Both the position numbers and the translations under genes were made by a program. This document shows, one piece after another, positions 1 to 14,412 of a stretch of 64,000 nucleotides of DNA. This stretch comes from Octopus vulgaris (Eukaryota). The first letter of the stretch is position 1, and every line of letters starts with the position of its first letter. The notes under the pieces were generated by a model that saw only the letters and a program-made list of their open reading frames with translations, was not told the origin of the DNA and did no database searches. The stretch covers positions 40,672,001 to 40,736,000 of the forward strand of contig OX597826.1 in assembly GCA_951406725.2 (NCBI GenBank). Reading direction: 5' to 3'.

Positions 1-815
1 GATTCACATGGAGAAAACCGTTTCTTCTTGATGTAATTGATTTGCTCATCAATCCTAAGTCAAATTGCTAAAGGCTCGCAGATGAAAATAAATTTGACAT
101 CGAACAAACAGCAAACCACCAGAATGACTGACTTTGGACTTTGGGGTGTATCTGGCTCCGTGAAGGGAAGACTCGTAAATCGACGTCAGTTATGGTTATG
201 ATCATCGTAAATCCATATTCAGTTATGGTTATGATTAGGGTTAGGGTTATGGTTTGGGTGGTCGTGACAGCCACTGGAAGGTCTCTCCTCGTTTTTGTGC
301 TTTTAGGTGTTAAAATTAACACCCGACGATACATTAGTAACATTCTGGAAGCTGAACTGCTTCCATGAGCAAATGAACGCTTTCAAGGCGCACCTTGGAG
401 CTTCCAACAGGAATTGGCACCATCCCACAGCTCCAAACAGATACAACACTGGGTTCAGAAAAAAAACATTCCGTCGTTCAAAGACAAGTATGCGAGGCCC
501 GTTGGGTTTTTGTTTGGTCCATTTTGGAAACGAAGGTCTCGAGCACTCCTCATGCTTCGCTCGACACTTTGAAGGCAAAACTGCGCCAGGAACGGGCTTC
601 GATTCCACAAGAACAGCTGTGTGTTGTGTGTGAAGCACTCGCACCTAGACTTTAGGCTGTGATTCGAAACAGAGGTGGTCATATTGAATAAATGTGGTAG
701 GGGAATAATTGTTTTCTTTATCATTGCATTGCAACACTCGAACCCGAAATATAACAATATTTTGTATCGGCAAAATTGAAAAAAAAATGGTTGCCTTAAT
801 TATAGGGGCATATAT
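1..815 (+). mobile_element. DD37D (maT/mori-type) Tc1/mariner transposon relic, 3' part, frameshifted transposase
   Basis: Frames read ADENKFDIEQTANHQND, VMVWVVVTATGRSLLVFVLLGVKINTRRYISNILEAELLP, FQQELAPSHSSKQIQHW and VWSILETKVSSTPHASLDTLKAKL...PRL*AVIRNRGGHIE*, matching the catalytic and C-terminal regions of DD37D-type transposases. Stops and frameshifts are present; the right boundary is approximate. Confidence 0.8.
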
Positions 816-909
816 TATATATACACATATAATAAGTATAGAGCAAAAGATTTGTTCAAGAAATTGTCTTATTATTATTTGGACATACATACATACATAC
901 ATACATACA

Positions 910-943
<34 letters not shown>

Positions 944-954
944 CATACATACAT

Positions 955-1348
955 GTATGGTGGCTGCCCCCTCGTTATCGAGTATGGCCATTGCACAAAG
1001 CTTAATCAATGTTGTTATCGTGCAATGCCTGTGCAAGAAGATTTTTTTTTAAAGTGAGGAAAGGCTGTGCATTGAGTCAATCCCACTCACTAAGCAACAA
1101 CAGCCATAATCCGAAAAGAAGAACAAGTCAACATCATCGGTAACCACTGAGCCGCAGTTTTATGTCGGAGTTATCCCAGTTACCTGAGTTACCCTCTCCT
1201 AGAAGGATGCCCTAACAAAGGCTAGGAGTCCTTCACTCCCAATGGTTTAACCGCGCGATCGGGTATTCAGTCCGATTATTTCTGTCCCCGCGCATGATAC
1301 AGCCTTAAGATTGGATGGTCGTTGACTCTCAAGAGTACCTCTGCCCTT
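955..1348 (-). mobile_element. Probable RTE-clade LINE 5' region fragment
   Basis: Segment gagttaccctctcctagaaggatgccctaacaaaggctaggagtcc resembles RTE 5' UTR sequence by recognition only. It is bounded by (TACA)n tracts. Confidence 0.4.
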
Positions 1349-1350
1349 TG

Positions 1351-1908
<558 letters not shown>

Positions 1909-2199
1909 CGAAATGAGATGACAGGAGATAAGATGTATATCTTGTAAGGAACTTCTTAGGGAATGGATCATATGTGAATGCTTTTAACAAGTGGACGGAA
2001 GAAGTGGTTGAGAGGGTTTGGCTGTGTGTAGTGGAAGCAACATTTAAGAATGACCGGAAACGTTAACGAAACAATCTGTTTATAAATAAAAGATCACAGC
2101 AGTTGATTCTTGATATACAAATAGTTTATATTGTCAGCGGTGAGAAACCATGATAGAAGGTGACGGTGCTGCGTGATAGGTGGGGTGCGGGGCGATAGG

Positions 2200-2932
2200 T
2201 GCGGCTGAGGTGGTGGTGGCGGTGGTGGTGATGGTGCTGGTGCTGGTAATGCAGTGGTATGTTTATGTTGATATTTGAAGTCAGGGTGGAGGTGCTAGTT
2301 ATAATGGGGGGAGAGGAGTTAGTCAAAGTGGTGGAGATGGGGGGGTTGTGGTGGTGGTGTAGGTTGTGGTGGTAGTGGTAGTGGTAGCGGTGGGGTGTAG
2401 CAGTGGTAGTAGTAGTAGTAGTGGTAGTGGTGGTGGTGCTGCTGCTGCTCAAGTGTTTATGTTTTTGGTAGGTTAGGGACGGTAGTGGTGGTAATGTCGG
2501 TCATGTTGTTCGTGGTGCAGGTGGTGGTGTGGTGACACTGACGGTGGTAGTAGTGGCGGTGGTAGTGGCGGTGATGGTGATGGTGGTGGTGGTGGTGGTG
2601 GTGGTGGTGGTGGCGGCGGCGGCGGTGCTGCTGGTGCTGCTGGTGCTGGTGCAGGCGGTGGTGGTGTGGCGTTGGGGTGGCAGGGTGTGGTGGGGAGTGG
2701 GGTGATAGTGGTGGTCGTGGTGATGGTGGTAATGGCAGTGATGGTAGTGGTGGTAGCGTCGATGGTGGCGTTGTTGATGATGCTAGCGGTGCTGGCGGTA
2801 GTGGTGGTGATGGTGGTGATATTGATGGTGATGCTGGTGGCAGTGGTGGTGGTGATGGTGGTGGTGATGGTGGTGGTGGTGGTGGTGGTGGTGGTGCTAG
2901 TGGTGGTGGTGGTGGTGGTGTGGTATTGGTGG
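2200..2932. repeat. Degenerate (GGT/GGC/GAT/AGT)n triplet tract
   Basis: G-rich triplet periodicity on + strand. Confidence 0.9.
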
Positions 2933-3208
2933 TTCATCTATAAAACTAAACACTTTTGTCATTGCTGTCGGAGTTTAACAAAAGAAAAAAAAAATGACTG
3001 CTATTTCTAACAAATCTAGTGACCACGTCGATATACCTTTATGGTTACTTTCATGTTATTGTTGTTGTTTCCAAGGACTGGTTATGGTAGCGGTGATGGT
3101 GGCGATAGTTTTCGAACAAGAAAGCTGTGTGATGACATTGGAATTACTTTAAAGAAATCCAGACGATATTATAAAGTCAAAATCAGAAACCAAGTTGGCA
3201 AAACTCCC

Positions 3209-3287
<79 letters not shown>

Positions 3288-3455
3288 TGTTTGTCTGTCT
3301 GTCTGTTTGTCTGTGCGCGCACGCAGTGAGGATTCGACAAACGTGAACCTCACAAAACATCTTAATTCGTATAAATGATGATTTTAATCACTGAGAGTGC
3401 TCCATAACTAGTTAGAATGAAAAGTGTATGTATATTTAACACATATATATGTATG

Positions 3456-3548
<93 letters not shown>

Positions 3549-3571
3549 ATTTACATATATATATATATACC

Positions 3572-3713
3572 GGAGTAAACATAAATGTGAAACAAGGTGG
3601 AAAAAAAGAGTACTCAAATACCAGTGGTAGAGTAATATGCTTTATTTAAAGCAGCAGAAAATTCAACAAAACCTGTTACATGTTTTGTTGAATTTTCTGC
3701 TGCTTTAAATAAA

Positions 3714-3716
<3 letters not shown>
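3572..3716. repeat. Short insert in (TA)n carrying a perfect 33-bp inverted repeat (Penelope-like remnant)
   Basis: Arms 3640-3672 and 3682-3714 are exact reverse complements around a 9-nt loop. The hairpin is seen directly; the Penelope assignment is inferred. Confidence 0.7.
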
Positions 3717-3762
<46 letters not shown>

Positions 3763-3763
<1 letters not shown>

Positions 3764-4895
3764 TAGCTGGTGTACCCGGTAATTCCCGGAGGTAAAGATG
3801 TTCTATTGAAACGCCTTATTACTCTGATATAAGAAAGCAAATCCGTTATAACTGCCACGAAAGGTGTATTTTCCGTCACGAAAAAGTACAAAAAACTACC
3901 AGCTGGAGGATGGAGAGATTGTTGGAGGCTGGTGAGAGAAGTTTTCGAAGGTTGGCGAGAGGCAAAGACATTATTCTGCTTCGCGAAGGCATCTGGGAAA
4001 TGTATAACTGTCATTCACAGAAAAAAACTATTGTTTTACCGTGAGAAAAGCGCTGTTGAAGTGTTAAGTGAAATTAGGCAATCAAGAATCTAATCCACGC
4101 TATGCCTGCATGAAGCCACCACAAATACGTTGTGGAATAAAACATTTATCTACTGTCATGGAAAAAGTGTAACTGTAAAAATGCAGAATTATCGAAGTAA
4201 TGGGCATTCAAAAAAGTATGTATGTATAGAGATGTATGAATGAAGTCTTTAAGGTTTAAGATTCAAATTAAGGAAGTGCAATAATAATGTGTAGCAGTTC
4301 AAAACTGTGAGTAGTGAAATGCAAAATTAGGTCGGCTGATCGTGAGAATCAAATGTTGATCGCTTCGCTACAATCTGCAGGTGGTATGGGTTATTTCTCT
4401 TGGGTTGTTTAAATAAAATATTAGTAATATGTAGTAGATGGAAAGATCCATTGGAAGGGCCCTATTATCGATTTTTTCAAGAGTCTAAGTATGTCACGAG
4501 ATTTCCAGACATGAGTTCTACTCACGTGTCAAATAAAGTATAAAAGTGATATTGTCTGCAAAAATTAGAAATAGGACACTCAAAAAATCAATATTCAAAG
4601 TAATCGAACATAAACAATGAAATGGGTTATTTCCCTTGAGTGTTTAAAAATATTGTACAGGTGCTATGGGTTATTTCCCTTGGGTGTTTAAAAAATTAGT
4701 TATATGAGGTAAATATAAAGGTCCTTCCAGGGGCTGTATTATCGATGTTTTCAACAATCTAAGTACGTCACGAGGTTTCCAGACATGAGTTCTACTCACG
4801 TGTCAAGTTTCATCAAAATCAATAAAACAACGTAGGAGGAGTTAGATAACAATGCCACAAACAAACACACACCGATTTTCCACATATGTAGTAGA
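3763..4895 (-). mobile_element. Non-autonomous Helitron
   Basis: Minus strand begins TCTACTAC and ends with a hairpin (ccgggaattaccggg) then CTAG, between A and T. An internal direct subrepeat lies at ~4378-4530 and ~4658-4805. Confidence 0.75.
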
Positions 4896-4899
4896 TTTA

Positions 4900-4963
<64 letters not shown>

Positions 4964-5335
4964 CGTGTGTGTGCGTGTGTGTTCAGCTTATGGAACATCT
5001 GAATGTTTCTGGGTCTTCTCAGCCAATACAACGGGAGATGGATTCCAAGAAACCGTGCTAGAAGTAGCAGTTATTCACAAGGGGTTGGATATAAATGAAA
5101 CGAACATGGAAAATTAAGCCAGCGCGTTTATATAGAAGTGAACAATTCCAGTTTTACTGAGAAAGTAAAATACCTCCAGATTGTTTGACTAGTAATGATA
5201 TTAACATAGAATATTCAGTATGTTCTGAGAGCAATTTATATAAACATATACACATACATACATACATTCATACATACATACATACATACATACATGCACG
5301 CATGCATACATACATACATACATACATACATACAT

Positions 5336-5370
<35 letters not shown>

Positions 5371-5371
5371 C

Positions 5372-5459
<88 letters not shown>

Positions 5460-5890
5460 ACAGACAGACAGACAGAGACATATAAGCATGCGTGCGTACG
5501 TATATGTGTATATAAGGAAGAGAGAGAGTGTGTGTGTGAGAGAGAGAGAGAGAGGAAAGGAGAGGAGAGGGAAAGATCGGCAGAAAGGAAAATAAAATAC
5601 AATCGATTTTGTTTGAAGGCATACCAGGTGAAGGCATAATTTGTTAATTGCATAACATTTCGAAATACTGAACGTTTTAGCATCAAATCTGTGTCAAATT
5701 GATAAGTTAATTATAGTTGCAGAGCAGCAGAACAACGTGAGTACGCGAAGCAAACATCTTAGCCCTTGCTTGCATCTCTATCCTTACTTACCTATGAATG
5801 CTCCCATCTCCTATTAGCATAATATTGGAAGAAGTGTAAACAAAGTATAAGATGTAGGATAAACTGCTCAAATGGTTCTCTTTAGAGAAA

Positions 5891-6626
5891 TCCCTATCCC
5901 TACTAATCTACACTCGTTATGCCGATAACATAAACATTGTGATTAAAGCCACTGTACAAAAGAAATCTGGAAAATAACAACACTCTATGGAAAACATCCG
6001 GCAGATAGCAAACTCCATCCGCGAAAGCATTAAATTTACTATTCATTGCCCATCCAAACACGCTCTGCTGGCGCGGAGATGAATCGCTGCTATCTCTAGT
6101 GATCGAGCGTCCATCATTGACAAGACCAAGGAAGGTCGAAATCACGTTATCTGATTATGTCGACGCTGGAAGTGGTGAGGATTTATCTCCCCGCTAACAA
6201 TATAAACAAGAGTGCATTTTGCACCAAAAGCCAACATGAGAGTTTCTCTCATGTTATCATTCGCAGTATAGTTTGTTCTAACAGAACATCCACGTTAAGT
6301 GCGGTTAAATATTACTTCTCGGTGTTAATGCCCTCTCTGTCGCTAATAGATATTTCCTAACACAAGACTACTCGTTCTTGATACGGAATTATGGCTAAAA
6401 ATATCAAGTAGCATGAAACAAATTCTCCACTCGCATTAAATGAAACCTATAGCCACTATGTACCTGGTCCTCAACCTACTTGCTATGTTAACAAATGCAA
6501 ACATAAAAACCTTAATAAAAGACCCTGTGATGACCAGGAGAAACGTATTTCGTGTGTCCATCCTGCAAAAAGAGAAAGCATGTGTAGGATTTCATCCACT
6601 TTACGCAATTCTCTGGATGTAACTAG
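5891..6626 (+). mobile_element. Possible old non-autonomous Helitron
   Basis: A|TCCCTATCCCTACTAAT start and ...tggatgtaaCTAG|T end; the subterminal hairpin is weak. Confidence 0.35.
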
Positions 6627-8489
6627 TGAGATCAGATCAGAGAATATAAAGGGGTAAAAAAAATTGAAATAATCGTCAGCAACGATACATGTACCGGAGC
6701 AGATTCTGGAACAAACTAATAAAAAAAAGTAAAGATTTGTCAAGAAAAATTCTTGGTTAGATAACAACAAATTGCTAAGTTTGATGTTTATCGGGGTTAC
6801 ATTCAGAGTGAAACGGTCAACAAATTTAGGAGAGTGCAACATAAAACAAAACTGAAAATCGATGTAAGAGAAAAACATGCAGTTCCATCGAGTCTGTATT
6901 GTGTAAGTTATACTTATTAAAAAAAAAAACTTTGACGAAAAATCCTATGTGAACACAAGCAACCCTTAGATTAGCTGCCAAGCTAGAAATATATAGCGCA
7001 TGACATGCATGAAAAAGCATTGAAAGGATACAATCAGAACCTTTATAGAAGAGGCTTCTGCAGTAGGAGAAAGGATTGCAGAATATAGGTGTAAATACAA
7101 TGAAACATAGAAATATCTATACTTTATAGATTAGACCTACGGAAACACAATGTGTTAACAAAAAAAGTTAACGTAAAAGTTCTTTCCACACACCCAAGAG
7201 ACCCGAAAATTAAGACAGATTACAGGGGCTGCTCGAATAGAGGAAACAAATATAGACACACACACACACACACGCGCGCACACACACACGCACACGCATT
7301 CACATACACACACCTAGTTAAAAGAATGAATGAAATAACAACACTCTCCTTAACTACAATCTTCCACCACAATAATGCAAAAATAAAGACAGTAAAATAG
7401 CTATACACCACACATCCACACATAATTACATACATGGAAGCATACATACATACATACTAAAATACCATGCTGGTCAATTAATACGTAAAAACACGTGATA
7501 AACTCAATTTTTCTTTCTCTGCTTTCTCATCCACACTGAAGAGTGCATATTTTTTCAAATCATGGTGACATGAATATTAATATTTGTTGTTTATATATCT
7601 CAACATGGATATTAATAATAGGTCATTATGACACTTTAACTGGTTAAAATTATTTGTTCATGATCATTATAAATTGTTCGTTTGTGAGACATTCCTCTAT
7701 AATGGATACAAAATCCTCCTGAAACTAAATATTTTTTGTTATTAATGTTACACATGCAAGAATTCGTATGTATTTGCTTGAACAACATTTTTGAATTGCT
7801 TCAGATATTTTATATATTATCATTATATATATATATGTCAACGTTTATATACAAGGGTATGCTGTATAAGAAGTTTGCCTCTTGTTCGTTTTGTTTAATT
7901 CATTTAGTCACTTTAGAAACCCAAATCATAGATAATAAACAATTTATTTTTATCACACATTGAGCATTCATACTTAAGAAAAAAATCATGCTATTGATAT
8001 TTCTATCTTGATGATGATATATTGTATATATATTATGTTAAAGAAATATTAATATGTTTTTTCAATTTACTGATACATATTGTAAATCAATATATATCAT
8101 CTTTATTCTGTCTCATTTATCAATATAAATACGATTATAATTATCTACCTTTCTTCACTAATATATTTTCATGTTTATATTCATATGATTATATGAAAAG
8201 CGATGTGGTATGCGTCTAGACCCTCACCATAACACAAATAAAATACCTACAGATGAAGTTAACTATATTGAGACGAAACTTAAAATTAAAAACAGCCACC
8301 AAGTTAAAACATAACATGCTGTTGTGTGGGACCACAAGAAAAATAGCTTTGTTGCGGAAATCAGCTTTCGTGCCTCTTGAGCACCAATGTGATCAGAATG
8401 CAGAAGAAAGAAGTGGATGTCTATGGACCACAGTAAAGAGTTTGCAAATCTAGTATCCAAGATACACTTTCAGCTTTATTTCAAATTGG

Positions 8490-9050
8490 CACAAGGCCAG
8501 CAGTTTCGAAGAAGGGCCATGTTGATCACATCGACCGCAGTACTCAACTTATTTTTTATCAACCCCACAAAGATGAAAGGCAAAGTTGACCTCAGTAGAA
8601 TTTGAGTCACGATGAAGACGGACGAAATACCTATTTCTTTACTACCCACAAGGGGCTAAACACAGAGGGAACAAACAAGGATAGACAAACGGATTAAGTC
8701 GATTACATCGACCCCAGTGCGTAACTGGTACTTATTTAATCGACCCCGAAAGGATGAAAGGCAAAGTCGACCTCGGCGGAAATTTGAACTCAGAACGTAG
8801 CGGCAGACGAAATACCTATTTCTTTACTACCCACAAGGGGGCTAAACACAGAGGAGACAAACAAGAACAGACAGACGGAATAAGTCGATTATATCGACTC
8901 CCAGTGCGTAACTGGTACTTAACGGACATCGACCCCGAAAGGATGAAAGGCAAAGTCGACCTCGGCGGAATTTGAACTCAGAACGTAGCGGCAGACGAAA
9001 TACCGTTAAGCATTTTGTCCGGCGTGCTAACGATTCAGGCATCTCGCTAT
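8490..9050 (-). mobile_element. Head-to-tail trimer of tRNA-derived SINE family A (Meta-domain-like core)
   Basis: Three successive copies of cgaccccgaaaggatgaaaggcaaagtcgacctcggcggaatttgaactc. B-box-like GAGTTCAAATTCC on minus strand. Confidence 0.9.
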
Positions 9051-9453
9051 CATTCTTCATACCCATAATTATTGGAAGCAACTTGATACTTACCAAATTC
9101 GTCTGAAGCAAAGTATGACTGCACTTGGATTTTTAGGGAAGGAAGGCAACTCCTCAATTAATAGACAGCATATGATATCCGGGACAATAAGGTTCTGGTA
9201 AGGCCTTCTTAAGATTTAAAGGATGACAAACAAAGCAAAATGTTTCCCTTTATAATCTTTGCTGCCAAACAGGTAACAAGTCAAAATTAACTCCTAAATT
9301 TAGAAGAGAAAAGAGAAAACACACACATATATATATATATACACACACAATACATAGATACACACACACGTACAAACATACACACATACATACATAGGTA
9401 CATTCACATGCACATGCACATAAACATATATACATGAATACATACACAAATAT

Positions 9454-9514
<61 letters not shown>

Positions 9515-9649
9515 CAAACATGCATACTTACACACATACATAAATACATACATACATTACCATGTCCACCGTTTTGCTATGTCCGCCATGTTATTAAAAA
9601 TATCAACTTTCTAGATCTCAACAGCAGCTCCTCTCTTTCTCTCTCCCTA

Positions 9650-9727
<78 letters not shown>

Positions 9728-9907
9728 CGCTTTTAATGCTTAACCGTCTTTTCCATTCTCCTCATCCTCCCCCCTCTTCGTCTTCATTTTCTCTTTTTTC
9801 ATTCCTCTTTACGTTTACATTAGCCCAGTTGTCTTTCACACCATCTTTGAAACTGATTTTTCTTTACTCAGTCCTCTCTTTCGCATGCCATACGTCTCAC
9901 GTGCGCG

Positions 9908-9971
<64 letters not shown>

Positions 9972-10149
9972 CTTTCTCACTCATTCTGTTTTCACTCTTT
10001 TTCTTCCTCTCTCGTTTTCCCTCTTTTTTATCGTTTTCCTTATCTTTCTCTCTCGCTCTCCCCCTCTCTCTCCTCTCACCCTCTCTCTATCTATCCATCT
10101 ATCTAAATTTTTTTTTCTTACTCTGTCAAAACCTTTCGTTCCTCATCCA

Positions 10150-10170
10150 ACTACTACTACTACAACTATA

Positions 10171-10212
<42 letters not shown>

Positions 10213-10344
10213 CACTACCACTACTACTACTACTACCACTACTACTACGACTACTACGACTACTACTACTACTACTACTACTACTGTAGCTGCTACTGCT
10301 GGTGCTGCTACTACCACTATTAGCAATTCCATCATGGCATCACC

Positions 10345-10377
<33 letters not shown>

Positions 10378-10395
10378 GCCATCATCATCATCAAA
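10150..10395. repeat. (TAC)n/(CAC)n/(CAT)n triplet tract
   Basis: Visible triplet repeats. Confidence 0.9.
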
Positions 10396-11284
10396 ACCAT
10401 GGTAATCACCACCAATACACCAACTTCAATACACGCACACACACACACACACGCGCGCACTATGACTGAGCTACTGACTCCAACAACTGTGGTATTACCA
10501 CCCACAACTCCCCACTCATCACCTATTAACTTGACCCCAGGAAGTCGTTGGTGGAGATGTCACAAAAATGTTTGTGTTTGTATAAGAGTGTTCACATCTG
10601 TGTATATATATGTATGCGTTCACACATTTCTCTGTAAGTGTGTCCGCGTGTGTTTATGTGTATATATGTATGTGTGTGTGCCTGCGCATTTGTGTGCATG
10701 TTTATGTCTTGCCTGTGCATGCTTATGTGTCTATTCATTTGTGTGTATGTGTATGTGTATGTCTATACGTGTGTTCTTGCGTGTCTCTTGTGTGTATGCA
10801 TCCACGACTTTGTAGGTTTGTGTGCATAATGTGCGTGAGTATGTGTATGTCGGTCTGTGTATGCGTTTCTAAGTCTGCTGGTCTACATGTGAGTGCTCTT
10901 GTGTGTATGGATGAGTGTGTGAGTGCGTGTTCCGTCTCAGCAGTGGCCATGTGTCTAATCTCATCCCCGTATTCCTTACCGACTTCTTAAATTAGCAGTG
11001 AGTAGTCGATAACGTGAACACACACGCACACATGCACGCGCACGCGCGCACACACATACACACACACACACACGAATACACGCACACACTCACACACATA
11101 CAAATACATACAGACGAACACATATACACACATACGAACTCACATACACATTCTCACACACACACACACACACACACACTTGAACACACAAACCACACAC
11201 GCACACACACGCGCGCAAACACACAAACACACAAGCACGCACACACGTGCATCTACACATTCGTGCAAATGGGTAATGACACAT

Positions 11285-11422
11285 ACGTGCAGTGTCGTTA
11301 AGAAAATCGGTTTGCAACCACGTGATTTCGGGCTCCCAACTGCGGCGGCGCAATGTTATCTACTATAACTCCGGGCTCACCTTATGAGTGAATTTGGTAG
11401 GCGGAAACTGCATGAAAACCCG

Positions 11423-11488
<66 letters not shown>

Positions 11489-11575
11489 ATACTGAGGCTG
11501 CTTTGTTCGATTAAACCCTTCAAAGTGTGACCAAAGCATGACCATTGACCAGTGAATAAAACAAATAAAATATAT
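11285..11575 (+). mobile_element. Degenerate SINE family B copy with internal (TG)n
   Basis: gtgaatttggtaggcggaaactg matches family B body (compare 12577-13025). Confidence 0.6.
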
Positions 11576-11616
11576 AAGAAAAGATAAAATATATACATAT
11601 ATACACGGTGCCTAAG

Positions 11617-11845
11617 GCGAGCTGGCAGAATCGTTAGCACGTCGGGCGAAATGCTTAGCGGTATTTCGGCTGCCGTGACGTTGTGAGTTCAAATTCCGCC
11701 GAGGTCGTTTTGCCTTTCATCCTTTCGGGGTCGATAAATTAAGTACCAGTTATGCACTGGGGTCGATGTAATCGACTTAATACCTATGTCTGTCCATGTT
11801 TGTCCCCTCTATGTATAGCCCCTTGTGGGTAATAAAGAAATAGGT
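11617..11845 (+). mobile_element. SINE family A, full length, inserted within the transposon TIR
   Basis: ggcgagctggcagaatcgttagc (A box)...gagttcaaattcc (B box)...aaagaaatagg end. Confidence 0.9.
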
Positions 11846-12576
11846 ATTTGAGGACAAATTTATTTTTCGATACTTATCATAAAAGAAAACAACTTTATCG
11901 ATGAAAAAATGTGTTCATGTAAACTAGATTATCTTCTTTATAATCTTATTCAATCTTCAACATCAGTAACTGCTTCTATGAGAGATCTGAATCGTCTACA
12001 TGACCGTAATAAATGATTTTGGTTCATATCGGGCATTACTCTTGCTATGGTGGCTTTCAAAGAATCCTTGGTGTTATGCGGATGTTGATTAACCCCTCTC
12101 TCAACAACGCTCCACATATAGTAGTCCAATGGATTGTGATCTGGTGAGTTTGGAAGCCAAATGTGAGGAGTAATGCGGTATGAACTTTATCAACCATCCG
12201 TTCTTAAGTTGTTTGAGCATTATGTGATGGCGCAGATACCTGCTGAAACACGTACGGTATTCCTTCGTGTACTCTGTCTATGCAGGGCTTGACAACTGTT
12301 ACCAGGGCCTCAGTGTATCCTGCAGAGTTAATTCTAAGGCTTTGTAGAAAGAAATGAGGAGGTATCACATGTCCGTCATTACTGACAACTCCAAAAGCCA
12401 TGACAGTTGTAGGAAATTTTCTATGCATAACTGTTGGAACTTCAAAAGGGTCTGAACATAACCATCTGTCACTTTTCAGTTCATTTTCTGGTCCTGGTCA
12501 AAGTTTTTCTCATCTGAGAAAAACCAAATCATGCCACGTTCTTCTTGGTTTTTAACTTTGTTTTTTTACAACTGAT

Positions 12577-12746
12577 AGGCGCAGGAGTGGCTGTGTGGTA
12601 AGTAGCTTGTTTACCAACCACATGGTTCCGGATTCAGTCCCACTGCGTGGCATCTTGGGCAAGTGTCTTCTGCTATAGCCCCGGGCCGACCAATGTCTTG
12701 TGAGTGGATTTGGTAGACGGAAACTGAAAGAAACCCGTCGTATATA

Positions 12747-12796
<50 letters not shown>

Positions 12797-13028
12797 CGTG
12801 TGTGTGCGTGTTTATGTGTCTGTGTTTGTCCCCCTAGCATTGCTTGACAACCGATGCTGGTGTGTTTATGTCCCCGTTACTTAGCGGTTCGGCAAAAGAG
12901 ACCGATAAAATAAGTACTGGGCTTACAAAAGAATAAGTCCCGGGGTCGAGTTGCTCGATTAAAGGTGGTGCTCCAGCATGGCCGCAGTCAAATGACTGAA
13001 ACAAGTAAAAGAGAAAAGAGAAAAGAGA
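12577..13028 (+). mobile_element. SINE family B, full length (tRNA head, CORE-like cttgggcaagtg, internal (TA)n(TG)n, purine-rich tail)
   Basis: Head ggcgcaggagtggctgtgtggtaag...ggattcagtccc; many related copies in the window. Confidence 0.9.
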
Positions 13029-13505
13029 GATTAAACAGTTTTCCTTTGTCTTGTTTTATTTTCTGAGACTTGTGCCGGATTTTTCCATGAGCAACATTGC
13101 TGATTGTCCCTTATGACACATGGGGATCTTTTGTTATTGACCTTATGAATATTTGGGGAGGAGTTCTGTCAGTGATTTCTTAAAATTTGCTGAATAAATT
13201 ATGGTATTCTAATGGCATCGGAGCGTTAGAAATGCTTTTTGTATATGGATCCTGGTGATACTTTTACCTCTGAAGCTTCTAACTCTTTGCAAACAAGATC
13301 CGCCGTGTTTTAAAAACTGAGCTATCTCTACATCACTGTGCCCAGCCTTTAAGGCCACAATTACAGCACGCACCTACTCATCTCTTGGCTATGCTGAGGG
13401 TCTGCCATTATTATTTTCTAAGACAAAAATGACATAAAGCAAATTTTAAAACACTAATAACTCAAAAATGTCGTGTTCTCAAATAACCTGTGCACCCCGC
13501 ATATA

Positions 13506-14344
13506 TCTCTATATTATAATTCTGAAATGCGAAAAGTTTGTTTGTTTGTCTGGTTTTGGCATTGAGAACGGGTTAAAGGCCACTAGATCCCGTCGGATTG
13601 ACTCCAAAATTTACAGGGACATGTAAAATGAGGTGAGGATGCGAGTGGGCTATGTTAGAAATCCCCATCTTAAAACGTGTCGTTGCTAGGGCCAAAAGCG
13701 CACTTTGACAAGTCTACTCTCATTTTTTTATGCATCTGCCTTCCTCCATCACTTACTCTCTTTCGTCCCTTCCTTTCAATTTCTATCTATAACGTCGTTT
13801 CACAGCGTCTACCTCCCTTCTCTTCACTTTCTCTTTATAACGTCGTTTCACAGTGTCCTATATCTCCCCCTCCCCGCCTTCGACAGCGCTTTCACACACT
13901 CTCTCTCTCTCTCTACGTCTGTCTGCATTCATAGAGAGAATTATCATCGCTACCACCACCACATAATCATGAGAACAAATATTATGAATCAGATATTTAT
14001 TGGGTTAATTTATATATGTGTGTGTGTTCTATATATAAATATGTATATATAATGAATATATACAAAGTGTATATATCTGTATTTATGTATATTAAACTTT
14101 TTAATACTTTTTGATAGTTATATATATATTTTTTAAATTATAAATATAAATTAATGATTTTAATTTTAAATTTAAATAACTTAAATTTTTAAATTTTATA
14201 TTTTATATATTTTGTGTATTACATTTTTATTTTTATGTTTTGGTTTATGTTTTTCACTGTTTGATTTGCCTAATAGTGGTTTTATCTCTAATTTAATTTA
14301 TATATATATATAATTTATATACATTTGTATATATAATGCGTACA

Positions 14345-14412
<68 letters not shown>

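Larger units (their letters stand above)
11606..13499 (-). mobile_element. DD37D (maT-type) transposon relic with both TIRs, interrupted by two SINEs
   Basis: ORF 12204-12428: RKFPTTVMAFGVVSNDGHVIPPHFF...YVFQQVSAPSHNAQTT, then WLPNSPDHNPLDYYMWSVVER downstream. Left end cacggtgcctaagg[SINE]tatttgaggaca matches the reverse complement of the right end, cggggtgcacaggttatttgagaaca. Confidence 0.85.

Noticed and set aside
186-260. Interstitial telomere repeat ttagggttaggg
   Set aside because: Only two units, inside a local gttatg expansion within the transposase VMVW coding region.
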